Source: Gemmatimonas sp.
Lineage (GTDB): Bacteria > Gemmatimonadota > Gemmatimonadetes > Gemmatimonadales > Gemmatimonadaceae
Reading direction: 5' to 3'
Length of the DNA: 64,000 nucleotides
NCBI GenBank assembly: GCA_965279375.1
Contig: OZ257156.1
Coordinates: 2,688,001-2,752,000 of the forward strand
Every line of letters starts with the position of its first letter. Position 1 is the stretch's first letter. Below are positions 1 to 8,382 of this stretch, in pieces. The position numbers were made by a program, and so were the translations under genes. A model generated the notes under the pieces. It did no database searches. It had not been told where the DNA came from and saw only the letters and a program-made list of their open reading frames with translations.

Positions 1-255
1 CCACACCGTCCCCGAATCGCGACCCATGAGGCGCCCGCGGTCTGCGCGATCGATCAACGCGGAGTCACTGAGCGTGTCGCCGGACGAGGAGCTGCTTGGC
101 GCGGCGCCATTGGCGACCGGCGCTGCCGTAGTGGTGCTGCTCGAACCCGACCGACCGGCCGCGTTGGCGCGATCGCATGCGGTGGCGGCACCGACGGCGA
201 GGGCGAGGAGCGACAGACGCAGAAGCGTCTTGAGCGACTGTAATGAACCGCGCAT
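1..255 (-). CDS. Partial (N-terminus) lipoprotein, probably DsbA/thioredoxin-fold family
   Basis: Not in ORF track. The minus strand from ATG 255 reads MRGSLQSLKTLLRLSLLALAVGAATAC...LIDRADRGRLMGRDSGTVW and runs off the window. It has a lipobox-like AATAC, and the last residues resemble the segment preceding the CxxC of DsbA proteins (CxxC itself would lie outside the window). Confidence 0.5.
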   Translation of the reverse strand, partial: MRGSLQSLKTLLRLSLLALAVGAATACDRANAAGRSGSSSTTTAAPVANGAAPSSSSSGDTLSDSALIDRADRGRLMGRDSGTVW

Positions 256-469
256 AGGAACGGAGACGGGAGAGTTCGGAGCGCCGCAGGCGCCAGCGTG
301 TAGTAAAGCTAGCGCCGTGCCGGCGTGTGCTGACACCGGGAGTTGGACCGCTGCGTATACTCCTAGGCGTACGGGCACTGTGCGTGTCTCTCATCGTTCA
401 CTCGTGTACTCTCGACTGTTTCGTCGCTGTCGGCCAGTGGGCCTGTTGTTGGCTGGCGTCGTGTCGTTC

Positions 470-1258
470 ATGCTCAGCCCTGTGCTGCTCAGGGCGCAGC
501 CTCCGGCGCTGCCGGCCCCGACTGGGTACGTCAACGACTTTGCCGGGGTCATCCCGGAGGATGCCAAACTCCGTCTCGAAGAGCTCGCTCGTCGCGTGAA
601 CGCCGCGACGCGCGGCGACATGGTGGTCGTGACTCTCCCTGATTTGGGCGGCCGCCCGGTCGAGGAGGTGTCACTGCGTTTGGGGCGGGAGTGGAAGGTT
701 GGCGCGGACGCCGGGATCGGCGACAAGGCGCGAAACGCCGGCGTGATTCTGCTGATCGTACCCAAGGAGAGCTCGTCGACGGGGCGTGGGTCGTGCCGGA
801 TCGAGACGGGGCAGGGGACCGAAGGGTTCCTGACGGATGCCACGGCGGGCGAGCTGTGTCGTGCGGCGCGGGATCAGTTCGTGGCCAAGGACTATGGCGG
901 AGCGATCGAGTACATCGCTGGCCAGATCGCCGCTCGCTACGCTGCCGAGTACGGCGTGACGTTGGATGGCGCGCCCGCGCCGCGTCGCTCCACGAGAAGT
1001 CAGGGACAGCGGCAGATCTCGCCGATCGCGATCCTGATTCTGATCTTCATCGTGTTCTCGGTGCTCAACTCACTCGGCCGGCGTCGTCGTGGCTGCGCGG
1101 GATGCATTCCGATCCCGATCCCTGGTCCGTCGATCGGGGGATTTGACCGCGGCGGCTGGGGCGGAGGAGGCTTCGGTGGTGGCGGCGGAGGCGGTGGATT
1201 TGGAGGGTTTGGAGGTGGCGGTGGGTTCAGTGGTGGTGGCGGCGGTTCTGACTGGTAG
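470..1258 (+). CDS. TPM domain (YgcG-like) membrane protein with Gly-rich C-terminus
   Basis: Motifs PTGYVNDFAGVI, VVVTLPDLGG, RIETGQGTEGFLTD, one TM helix and a GGFGGFGGGGGFSGGGGGSDW tail. The start is uncertain (GTGs upstream); the ORF-track extension to 26 overlaps the divergent gene. Confidence 0.9.
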   Translation: MLSPVLLRAQPPALPAPTGYVNDFAGVIPEDAKLRLEELARRVNAATRGDMVVVTLPDLGGRPVEEVSLRLGREWKVGADAGIGDKARNAGVILLIVPKESSSTGRGSCRIETGQGTEGFLTDATAGELCRAARDQFVAKDYGGAIEYIAGQIAARYAAEYGVTLDGAPAPRRSTRSQGQRQISPIAILILIFIVFSVLNSLGRRRRGCAGCIPIPIPGPSIGGFDRGGWGGGGFGGGGGGGGFGGFGGGGGFSGGGGGSDW

Positions 1259-1297
1259 GCGTACCTTTCCTCACACTGCGACCGACTCCAACGATCG

Positions 1298-2044
1298 ATG
1301 GCGAATTCCACGATGAGCGTGACTGAGCTGGTCACGCAGCTGACGCAAGTTCATGGCGGCGCGCTGCGCGCCGTGGTGCTGTACGGCTCTGCCGCGACCG
1401 ACGAGCAGATCGCCGGGCAGTCCGACATCAACGTGCTGGTGATTGTCGAGACGCTCTCGATCGCGACACTGCGCGCACTGGGGCAGACAACGCGCGCGTG
1501 GCTGGAGGCGGGCAATCCGCCGCCGCTGACATTCACGGTGGAGGAGTGGCGTCGCTCGGCAGACATTTTCCCGATGGAGTACGCCGACGTACTGGAAAGA
1601 CATCGCGTACTGCACGGAACGTTGCCGCTGGATGGCGTGCATGTGGCGCTGGCGGACTTGCGCCTGCAGACGGAGCACGAAGCGATGGGCAAGCTGCTTC
1701 GCCTGCGTCGCGGTGTGATGAGCGCCGGCACCGATGCGAAGCGTCAGGCGGAGTTGATGCGGGACAGTCTCAGCAGCCTGCTGGTGCTCTTTCGTGCGGT
1801 GCTGCGCCTGCACGGCACGGTTCCATCGCGCGATGCGGTTCCGGTGGTGCAAGCGGTGGCAGGCCATTGTGGATTTGACGTGGCGCCGTTCGAGCGCGTG
1901 ATCGCGCACAAGCGCGGAACCACGCTGGCCGAGCGAGAGACCGAGACGGTGTTGGCGGGGTACGTAGCGGGGATGGAATCGCTCGTTGCGTATCTCGATC
2001 GCTTTACTCCGCCGGCAACGGCAACCGATTCCCTTTCTTCCTGA
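1298..2044 (+). CDS. Pol-beta-like nucleotidyltransferase-domain protein
   Basis: VVLYGSAA...SDINVLV signature, followed by DIFPMEY and a helical C-terminal part. Confidence 0.8.
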   Translation: MANSTMSVTELVTQLTQVHGGALRAVVLYGSAATDEQIAGQSDINVLVIVETLSIATLRALGQTTRAWLEAGNPPPLTFTVEEWRRSADIFPMEYADVLERHRVLHGTLPLDGVHVALADLRLQTEHEAMGKLLRLRRGVMSAGTDAKRQAELMRDSLSSLLVLFRAVLRLHGTVPSRDAVPVVQAVAGHCGFDVAPFERVIAHKRGTTLAERETETVLAGYVAGMESLVAYLDRFTPPATATDSLSS

Positions 2045-2054
2045 GGACCTTTAG

Positions 2055-2702
2055 ATGAACTCCATGCAGTCTTCGCCCACCACGGGCCGCCCGCGATCCC
2101 GCCGTCGCCTGCTCGCGATGGCGCTCCCGATGCTCTTTGCGGTGAGCGCGCCGCTGACGCTGTCGTCATGCGGTTACAACAGCATTCAGAGCTACGATGA
2201 ACAGGCCGAGCAGGCGAAGAAGAACATCGATGCGCAGCTGCAGCGTCGTGCAGATCTGATCGGCAATCTCGTCAACACGGTGAAGGGGCTCGCGCAGCAG
2301 GAGAGCGACGTGTTCGTGGGGATCGCGAAGGCGCGCGCGGGTCTGACGGGCGCGTTGCAGAAGCCGGGCGGATCGGATCCCTCCGAGACGGCCAACGCCA
2401 ACGAGCAGCTGACAACCTCGTTGCGCGGTCTGAGCGTCTTCATCGAGCAGTATCCGCAGCTCAAGTCCGATCAGGCGTTCCTCAAGCTGCAGGACGAGCT
2501 GACGGGCACGGAGAACCGGATTGCGGTGTCGCGTACGGATTACAACGCCGCGGTGCGCACCTACAACGAGTACATCCGCAAGTTTCCAGCGGTCATGACG
2601 GCAAAGGCGACGGGCGCGAAGCCGCGAACGTATTTCGAGGTGACCGATGCGGCCTCGCGCGCAGCCCCCACGGTGGACTTCAGCAAGCCCAAGGCGAACT
2701 AG
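2055..2702 (+). CDS. lemA: LemA family protein
   Basis: CGYNSIQ, QLQRRADLIGNLVNTVKG, YPQLKSDQAF, ENRIAVSRTDYN; GAGGA RBS upstream. Confidence 0.95.
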   Translation: MNSMQSSPTTGRPRSRRRLLAMALPMLFAVSAPLTLSSCGYNSIQSYDEQAEQAKKNIDAQLQRRADLIGNLVNTVKGLAQQESDVFVGIAKARAGLTGALQKPGGSDPSETANANEQLTTSLRGLSVFIEQYPQLKSDQAFLKLQDELTGTENRIAVSRTDYNAAVRTYNEYIRKFPAVMTAKATGAKPRTYFEVTDAASRAAPTVDFSKPKAN

Positions 2703-2717
2703 TCGACAAGTGAAAGT

Positions 2718-2761
2718 GAGAACGGCGCTGAGCAGAATACGCTCGGCGCCGTTTTCGTTTT
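2718..2761 (+). terminator. Rho-independent terminator between convergent lemA and pilin operon
   Basis: GAGAACGGCGCTGAGC...GCTCGGCGCCGTTTTC stem followed by GTTTT. Confidence 0.75.
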
Positions 2762-2784
2762 GTGTCACGTGCTGTTGCTGATGG

Positions 2785-3744
2785 CTAGCGGTTCTTCTCG
2801 TACATCAAATTGCGCGGCGCAACCTTCCAGTCGTACCACTTGTAGACGGGATAGCCGTTGTTGACTGTCGGATCGCTCCTGTCCGATTGGATTTTCGAAC
2901 GGATGCGTACGCCGATGATGTCGTTGCCGTCGTTGAGCGTATCGGTGTCGAGTCCGCTGTAGCCGGGCGATTCTCTATTCCCCTTGAACAGCAGTGATGT
3001 TCGGAAGTCCATGGCTCCGGATGCCAACGGCTTGCCGATGGGCGCTGCCGACGAATTGAGCTGCTCGGCCCGCATGAGCGTGTTGGTACTGACGTCGCGC
3101 CAGTAGACGACGGCCTTGAGCTTCTGAATGGTCGTGCCCGATCGGGTCAGCAGCACGCTGTCGATGCCCGCAGCACGGCCGAGCAAGCGCTGCATCGGCA
3201 GGAATTGCACCTGGAAACGCCCACCCGCACTTCCGGCCACGCTTGTGAGGTAGAGCAGGCGTCGCGTGGTGCCGATCTGCAGGCGTGCGAGATCACCCGG
3301 CTGCAACGTATACGCGCCGTTGATGCGATTGAACTCGATGCAGTTCGTGCCGCAGTTGCCGCCCGGCGGATAGTTGGGGAGCGTGTCTCCATCGTCGAAG
3401 ATGGGGTACACGGGCGCCTCGACGGTGGTGAAGGGCACCGACAGAATCGAGAGCGTGTCGCCGAACGAACCAAGCGTGCCGAACGTCGGCGTGCTCTCGA
3501 TCGCGACGCCCGCTTCCTGCGCGTCACGAGCCAGCGACATGCCGACGAAGCGTGCGTTGCGGTCGACTGTCTCGCGCACTGTCCAACCGCGACGCGTTTG
3601 CCAGCTGCGCATGGAGAAGCTGGCCGCTGCCGTGATGACGACGATACCGATCGTCATCGACATGAGCATTTCAACGAGCGTGAATCCGGCACGATTGCGA
3701 CGCGAACGTGGGACCGCTCGGCGGGTTGATTGGTGCGTGATCAT
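2785..3744 (-). CDS. Type IV minor pilin, PilW-like
   Basis: Class III signal RRNRAG|FTLVEMLMSMTIG; ATG overlaps the stop of the upstream gene (ATGA). Confidence 0.85.
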   Translation of the reverse strand: MITHQSTRRAVPRSRRNRAGFTLVEMLMSMTIGIVVITAAASFSMRSWQTRRGWTVRETVDRNARFVGMSLARDAQEAGVAIESTPTFGTLGSFGDTLSILSVPFTTVEAPVYPIFDDGDTLPNYPPGGNCGTNCIEFNRINGAYTLQPGDLARLQIGTTRRLLYLTSVAGSAGGRFQVQFLPMQRLLGRAAGIDSVLLTRSGTTIQKLKAVVYWRDVSTNTLMRAEQLNSSAAPIGKPLASGAMDFRTSLLFKGNRESPGYSGLDTDTLNDGNDIIGVRIRSKIQSDRSDPTVNNGYPVYKWYDWKVAPRNLMYEKNR

Positions 3745-4145
3745 GGGGCCACCACCAGTCCGTTTCCACGGAAGTAGGAGGTCGTGAGCGTCACCGGCTG
3801 TGTGCTGCGCGGATAGTCCACGGCGACGTCGATGCGGATCAGGTTCTGGCGTGACACGGCGACCGTCATGGTGCGTGTGAAGGCACCGGTCGTGGCAGAC
3901 TGACCGTCCGAGTTGAGCTTGACGGGCGATTCGGTCTGCAGCGTCCACGGATCACGCGTTCGTACTTCTTCCATGTAGCTGCGTGCGATGGCGATGGCGC
4001 TCGTGCGATTCTGCGCGAGCGTTTGCATCTTGATCGTGTTGCCGCTGGCCGTTGCAAGAGAGGTCAGCCCCACGGCGAGCAGGATGATCGCGACGAGCAT
4101 CGACACGATCGTGAAGCCGCGGCGGGTGCGTCGTGCGAGTGTCAT
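3741..4145 (-). CDS. Type IV minor pilin, PilV-like
   Basis: RRTRRG|FTIVSMLVAIILL prepilin signal (Ser at +5), about 134 aa, ATGA coupling. Confidence 0.8.
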   Translation of the reverse strand: MTLARRTRRGFTIVSMLVAIILLAVGLTSLATASGNTIKMQTLAQNRTSAIAIARSYMEEVRTRDPWTLQTESPVKLNSDGQSATTGAFTRTMTVAVSRQNLIRIDVAVDYPRSTQPVTLTTSYFRGNGLVVAP

Positions 4146-4738
4146 TGCCAGCCTCCATTCTTCCACGTCCACAGCCGAACGCTCCCCGAGGGGGAGACTT
4201 CCACGGCGACGACGGCGTTGTCGTCTCTCGCGTTGGTGAGATACACGACACCGGAGGTTCCCATGGGCGAGGGAAGTCCGCGCGTATCGAAGTTGATGTG
4301 GTAGCCAGGAAAGGTGACCGCACTGCCGCCGACATCACCGGGAATCGGCGAGGAAGCTCCACGCGCCATCACGATGTGGTCCGGGAGCGGACGCGTACCG
4401 AACGCCTGTAGCCCGAGCTTCTCTGCCGCCGTGTAGCTGATGACGCTGTCCGCGTCGACATCGAGGTAGCCGGAATACGACGGCGAGCTGGACGAAAGGG
4501 AGAACGACACCTGGGCGATGCTGCGCGTGGAGAGCGCGCGCGTACGTGCGAGGTCCATGTCCTGCGCGAGCTGCATGCCGGCGAGCTGCACTTCGGTCGC
4601 CTCGGAGATGCGCATGCGCGGCACGACGATGGACATCATGATGCCAACAACGGCCACCATGGTGAGCAGTTCGATCAGAGAGAAGCCGCGACGAGCCGGC
4701 GAGCGCGATGGTGCGGAGTAGATCGAGCGCATGGCCAT
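4142..4738 (-). CDS. GspH/FimT-like minor pilin
   Basis: RRG|FSLIELLTMVAVVGIM; AQDMDLARTRA, INFDTRG and VSPSGSVR are typical of the FimT family. Confidence 0.85.
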   Translation of the reverse strand: MAMRSIYSAPSRSPARRGFSLIELLTMVAVVGIMMSIVVPRMRISEATEVQLAGMQLAQDMDLARTRALSTRSIAQVSFSLSSSSPSYSGYLDVDADSVISYTAAEKLGLQAFGTRPLPDHIVMARGASSPIPGDVGGSAVTFPGYHINFDTRGLPSPMGTSGVVYLTNARDDNAVVAVEVSPSGSVRLWTWKNGGWQ

Positions 4739-4739
4739 C

Positions 4740-6659
4740 TCAGTAGAGCGGACGGAACGCGGTCTGCAACACGGTGCCGACGGATGGCGTGCCGGGAGGC
4801 AGTCGCTGCGGGAAGCGGAAGTTCACGTCGAAGGACCAGGCACGCGTTGGCGCCGAGTAGTACGCCTGGTTACCGAAGCCGACATTGGTGCTGTTGCCCC
4901 ACAGGCCGGTGGAGTAGACGTTGGCGAACAGCGAGACGAGCGACCCAGTGTAGCGGAACGTGATGCCGCCCCAGTTTTCGAGGAATCGCGGGAAGTTCTC
5001 GAGTCCGCCGCCGTACACGCCGCCGCCGCAACCAGCGCGAGCGTAGTCGCAGGGCGTCGGCGAGTGGCCCGCGAGAATCGCCGCATTCACCGTCGTGTTC
5101 ACTGCAGTGCGCTGCGCCATGTTCTGCTGCATCACATCGCACCATCCGTTCGTGGAGCTGCAGCGGCCAGCAAGACCACTGGAATCACGCATGCGTGCGT
5201 TGGGCGGATTGCTGAGGAACGTGACCGCATCGGCCATCAGCGCAGCCGGGCGCCAGACATTCGTGTTGTAGTCGCCGAGGATGTACATCGGACGATCGGT
5301 CACCATCGAGACGCCGCCTGTATCGGCCGGCAACTGCGCCAGCGGCAGACGCCCGCCGTTGCGCAGGCGCACCGCTACGTAGTCGTTGGTGGCCGCCGTG
5401 TTCGTGTTGATGAAGTTGAAGTACATGATGCGCGGCGCGCGCTGCGTCGGATTGCTGTCGGCCCAGATGCGCAGGGAATCCATGTACACGTCGATCAGGT
5501 CGGGACGCAGGTCTTCGCGGCCCTCGTAGAAGGCGTTTGCACGCGGCTTGAAGATGCGGCGGCACGCGGCACCGGTCGGCACCTGCAACGCGCCTGTACG
5601 CAGCTGCGTCAGGCTCGCGCAGAAGTTGGTCTTCATCATACCCGTGTCGGGATTCGTGAAGGCCGCCGCGTCAACCGTGATGTACCAATCCGACTTCCAC
5701 GCCATCTTCACATCCTGCACCATCTGGTTGTCGCCAGCGGAGCGCGGTTGCACCAACGTGATCGGAGGCGTGTTGGCGGGCAGGGGCAGCTTCAGGGCGC
5801 GGACACCGTGCGCCTTGGTCATCAGTCGGCCGCTGAAACGCTGCTGGCTTCGCGTGACGAACGCAGGACCGGAGAGGCTTCGGGAATCGAAATCGAGCAA
5901 CACGGACGTGCCGGCGGCGTTGTTGATACTCACGCCGTTCAGGCGCTGGTTGGCATCCTTTCGATTCCAGAAGACGCTGTCCGGTGTGGTCAGCTGGCTC
6001 TGAAAGTTGGCGCTCGCAGACGACGTGTAGAGATTGCCGTTCGTGTGCACCCATCCGGCGAAGACCATTGGGGCGCCGGGCAGAATCTCGAGATCGTTCT
6101 CGTAGAAGACACCGAACTGGAAGAGCGGAATCGTCTGCGCATTCACCGACAGGATCGCCGTGGCCTTGTTGCCCGACGAGTCGCGAGCGGTCACCGAGAT
6201 GTCGATCGGCTGATTGAGTGAATACAGCCCGGAGAACGGGCCGGACGCGATCGTGCGCGAGACGGGCGCACCGGTCGTGTTCGTGACATGGTTGATGTTG
6301 AAGCCGCTCAGCTGCGGCGTCGAGAGCTGCGAGATATCCGACGCACTGATGATGCCGTCCTGCATGGCAGCATCGAGCTGCGACATGATATCATCTGCGC
6401 CACCCTCGGCCGCATACGACGCACGCGAGGCGCGGTAGTCTGCACTCGACGTCTTGGCCATCGTCGACACGGCGGAGAGTCCGGCGAGGATGATGATCGA
6501 GAACATGATGAGCAGGAGCAACGACGCCTCCAGCGCGAAGCCGCGTCGGTCCCGCACGCGCGCCTCGGTCACATGAGTGCGCGCGCGCAGTCCGCGCAAT
6601 TCCTGGGCATCGTGGTGTTCGCGCCGCGTGGCGCCACGTTCTGTTCGACTCGATCGCAT
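4740..6659 (-). CDS. Large PilX-like minor pilin
   Basis: RRG|FALEASLLLL; ASYAAEGG PilX N-terminal motif; FQFGVFYENDLE, GWVHTNGNL, GGLENFPRFLENW. Start may be GTG near 6572. Confidence 0.8.
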   Translation of the reverse strand: MRSSRTERGATRREHHDAQELRGLRARTHVTEARVRDRRGFALEASLLLLIMFSIIILAGLSAVSTMAKTSSADYRASRASYAAEGGADDIMSQLDAAMQDGIISASDISQLSTPQLSGFNINHVTNTTGAPVSRTIASGPFSGLYSLNQPIDISVTARDSSGNKATAILSVNAQTIPLFQFGVFYENDLEILPGAPMVFAGWVHTNGNLYTSSASANFQSQLTTPDSVFWNRKDANQRLNGVSINNAAGTSVLLDFDSRSLSGPAFVTRSQQRFSGRLMTKAHGVRALKLPLPANTPPITLVQPRSAGDNQMVQDVKMAWKSDWYITVDAAAFTNPDTGMMKTNFCASLTQLRTGALQVPTGAACRRIFKPRANAFYEGREDLRPDLIDVYMDSLRIWADSNPTQRAPRIMYFNFINTNTAATNDYVAVRLRNGGRLPLAQLPADTGGVSMVTDRPMYILGDYNTNVWRPAALMADAVTFLSNPPNARMRDSSGLAGRCSSTNGWCDVMQQNMAQRTAVNTTVNAAILAGHSPTPCDYARAGCGGGVYGGGLENFPRFLENWGGITFRYTGSLVSLFANVYSTGLWGNSTNVGFGNQAYYSAPTRAWSFDVNFRFPQRLPPGTPSVGTVLQTAFRPLY

Positions 6660-6828
6660 CTGACGTCCTCCGTGCGAGAATGATCCTGCTGCACGAGAGA
6701 AGTACGGTCGAGGGCTTCGCTACGTCACTTCGTCAGCGGTACAGGCACGCACGACGAAACGGGAGTGGAGTGCGATGTGACACGCGCCGATGTTCGTGTG
6801 ATGAAATCGGCGCGTGTGTGACAGCGAA

Positions 6829-8382
6829 CTAGGCGGGTGCGCTCGCAGCCGGCGGCTGCGGACGGGGAAACAGTCCCTCGCCTTTTGCGACCGTCCAGCC
6901 AGTCGCGTCGAGCGTGGCGACATCTGCGAAGCGTTGCGAATGCACGGAACCGGTGCCGCCGAGCGTCACCCACAGTGCCTGCGCCTTTTCGGGCATGAAC
7001 GGAGCGAGCAGCACCGCCTGTCGTGCCAGCCGGCGTACGAGCGACGACATGCAGGTCTCCAACTCGCCGCGTCGTGCTGGATCCTTGGCGAGTTGCCACG
7101 GCGCCGTCGCCTGCGTGTACTCGTTCGCTCGCGCGGTCATGCGCGAAACAGCCGCCAGTCCTTCGTGCAAGAGCCACCCACGCGAACCGTCCATCGCCGC
7201 GTGGTACGATGCGATATCGGTGCCATCGTCGCGTTCGGCGTCCGGACGCGCCGCCGCAGGTACGACTGCGCCACAGTACTTCTCCACCATCGCCGTCGCA
7301 CGGCTGGCGAGATTGCCGAGGGCGTTGGCGAGGTCGCTGGTATATCGCTCTTCGAAACGCTCCCAGCTGAAGTTGCCGTCGCCATCGTACGGGACTTCGC
7401 GCAGCAGCACGTAGCGGAACGCGTCGGCGCCGTAGCGATCGATGGCCTCGTCGAGATCGAGCTTGACGCCGGCGCTCTTGGAGAAGCGCTCGCCGCCCAA
7501 CTGCACGAAGCCATGCGCCCACACCTGCCTGGGAAGCGGCAGCCCGGCCGACTCGAGCATCGCGGGCCAGATCACTGCGTGGAAGCGCGTGATATCCTTG
7601 CCGACGATGTGCAGGTCAGCGGGCCAACGCGACTCGTAGCCCGCGTCAGGAAAGCCGGTGGCGGTGAGATAGTTGGGGAGCGCATCGAACCACACATACG
7701 TGCCCTGCGTTTCGCCGTTAGACAGCGGCAGCGGAAACGGCACGGCCCAGTCGAGGCGCGCACGCGACGCGGAAATGTCTTCGAGTCCTTGGGCAAGGAG
7801 CCCGAGGATTTCGTTGCGGCGGCTCTCGGGTTCGATGTACGACGGATTCTCGGCGATCATCTCCTGGAGGAACGTCTGGTACTTGGAGAGACGGAAGAAC
7901 CAGTTGCGCTCTTCAACTTCCTCGAGCACACGCGTGGGGTGCAGCACACACTTCCCGTCCACGATGTCCGCGTCCTGCTTGAACGCCTCGCAGCCCACGC
8001 AGTACATGCCGCGATATGAGCGTTCGAAGAAATCGTCCGGGTTGTGTTGAGCGATGCGCTTGATCAGAGCCTGCACACCAGCCTTGTGGTGCGCATCGGT
8101 CGTGCGAATGAACTGATCGTGCTGAATGCCAAGCTTGGCCCACGTGGCCAGAAAGCGTGCCGCGATCTCGTCGGTGAATTCCTGCGGGGGCACGCCACGC
8201 GCCGCGGCAGTCTGCTGCACCTTCTGCCCGTGTTCGTCCATGCCCATCAGCAGATGCACGTCGTCACCGCGCAGGCGGTGATAGCGGGCAATGACGTCGG
8301 CGCCGATCTTCTCGAGCGCGTGGCCGAGGTGTGGATCGCCGTTGGCGTAGTCGATCGCGGTCGTCAGGAAGAAGCGAGCCAT
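6829..8382 (-). CDS. metG: Methionine--tRNA ligase (short form)
   Basis: TTAIDYANGDPHLGH, YCVGCE knuckle, YVWFDAL, GKDITRFHAVIWP, RFSKS (KMSKS-like). Confidence 0.97.
   Translation of the reverse strand: MARFFLTTAIDYANGDPHLGHALEKIGADVIARYHRLRGDDVHLLMGMDEHGQKVQQTAAARGVPPQEFTDEIAARFLATWAKLGIQHDQFIRTTDAHHKAGVQALIKRIAQHNPDDFFERSYRGMYCVGCEAFKQDADIVDGKCVLHPTRVLEEVEERNWFFRLSKYQTFLQEMIAENPSYIEPESRRNEILGLLAQGLEDISASRARLDWAVPFPLPLSNGETQGTYVWFDALPNYLTATGFPDAGYESRWPADLHIVGKDITRFHAVIWPAMLESAGLPLPRQVWAHGFVQLGGERFSKSAGVKLDLDEAIDRYGADAFRYVLLREVPYDGDGNFSWERFEERYTSDLANALGNLASRATAMVEKYCGAVVPAAARPDAERDDGTDIASYHAAMDGSRGWLLHEGLAAVSRMTARANEYTQATAPWQLAKDPARRGELETCMSSLVRRLARQAVLLAPFMPEKAQALWVTLGGTGSVHSQRFADVATLDATGWTVAKGEGLFPRPQPPAASAPA

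Noticed and set aside
1141..1250. GGC/GGT-rich low-complexity tract
   Set aside because: Encodes the normal Gly-rich tail of TPM proteins
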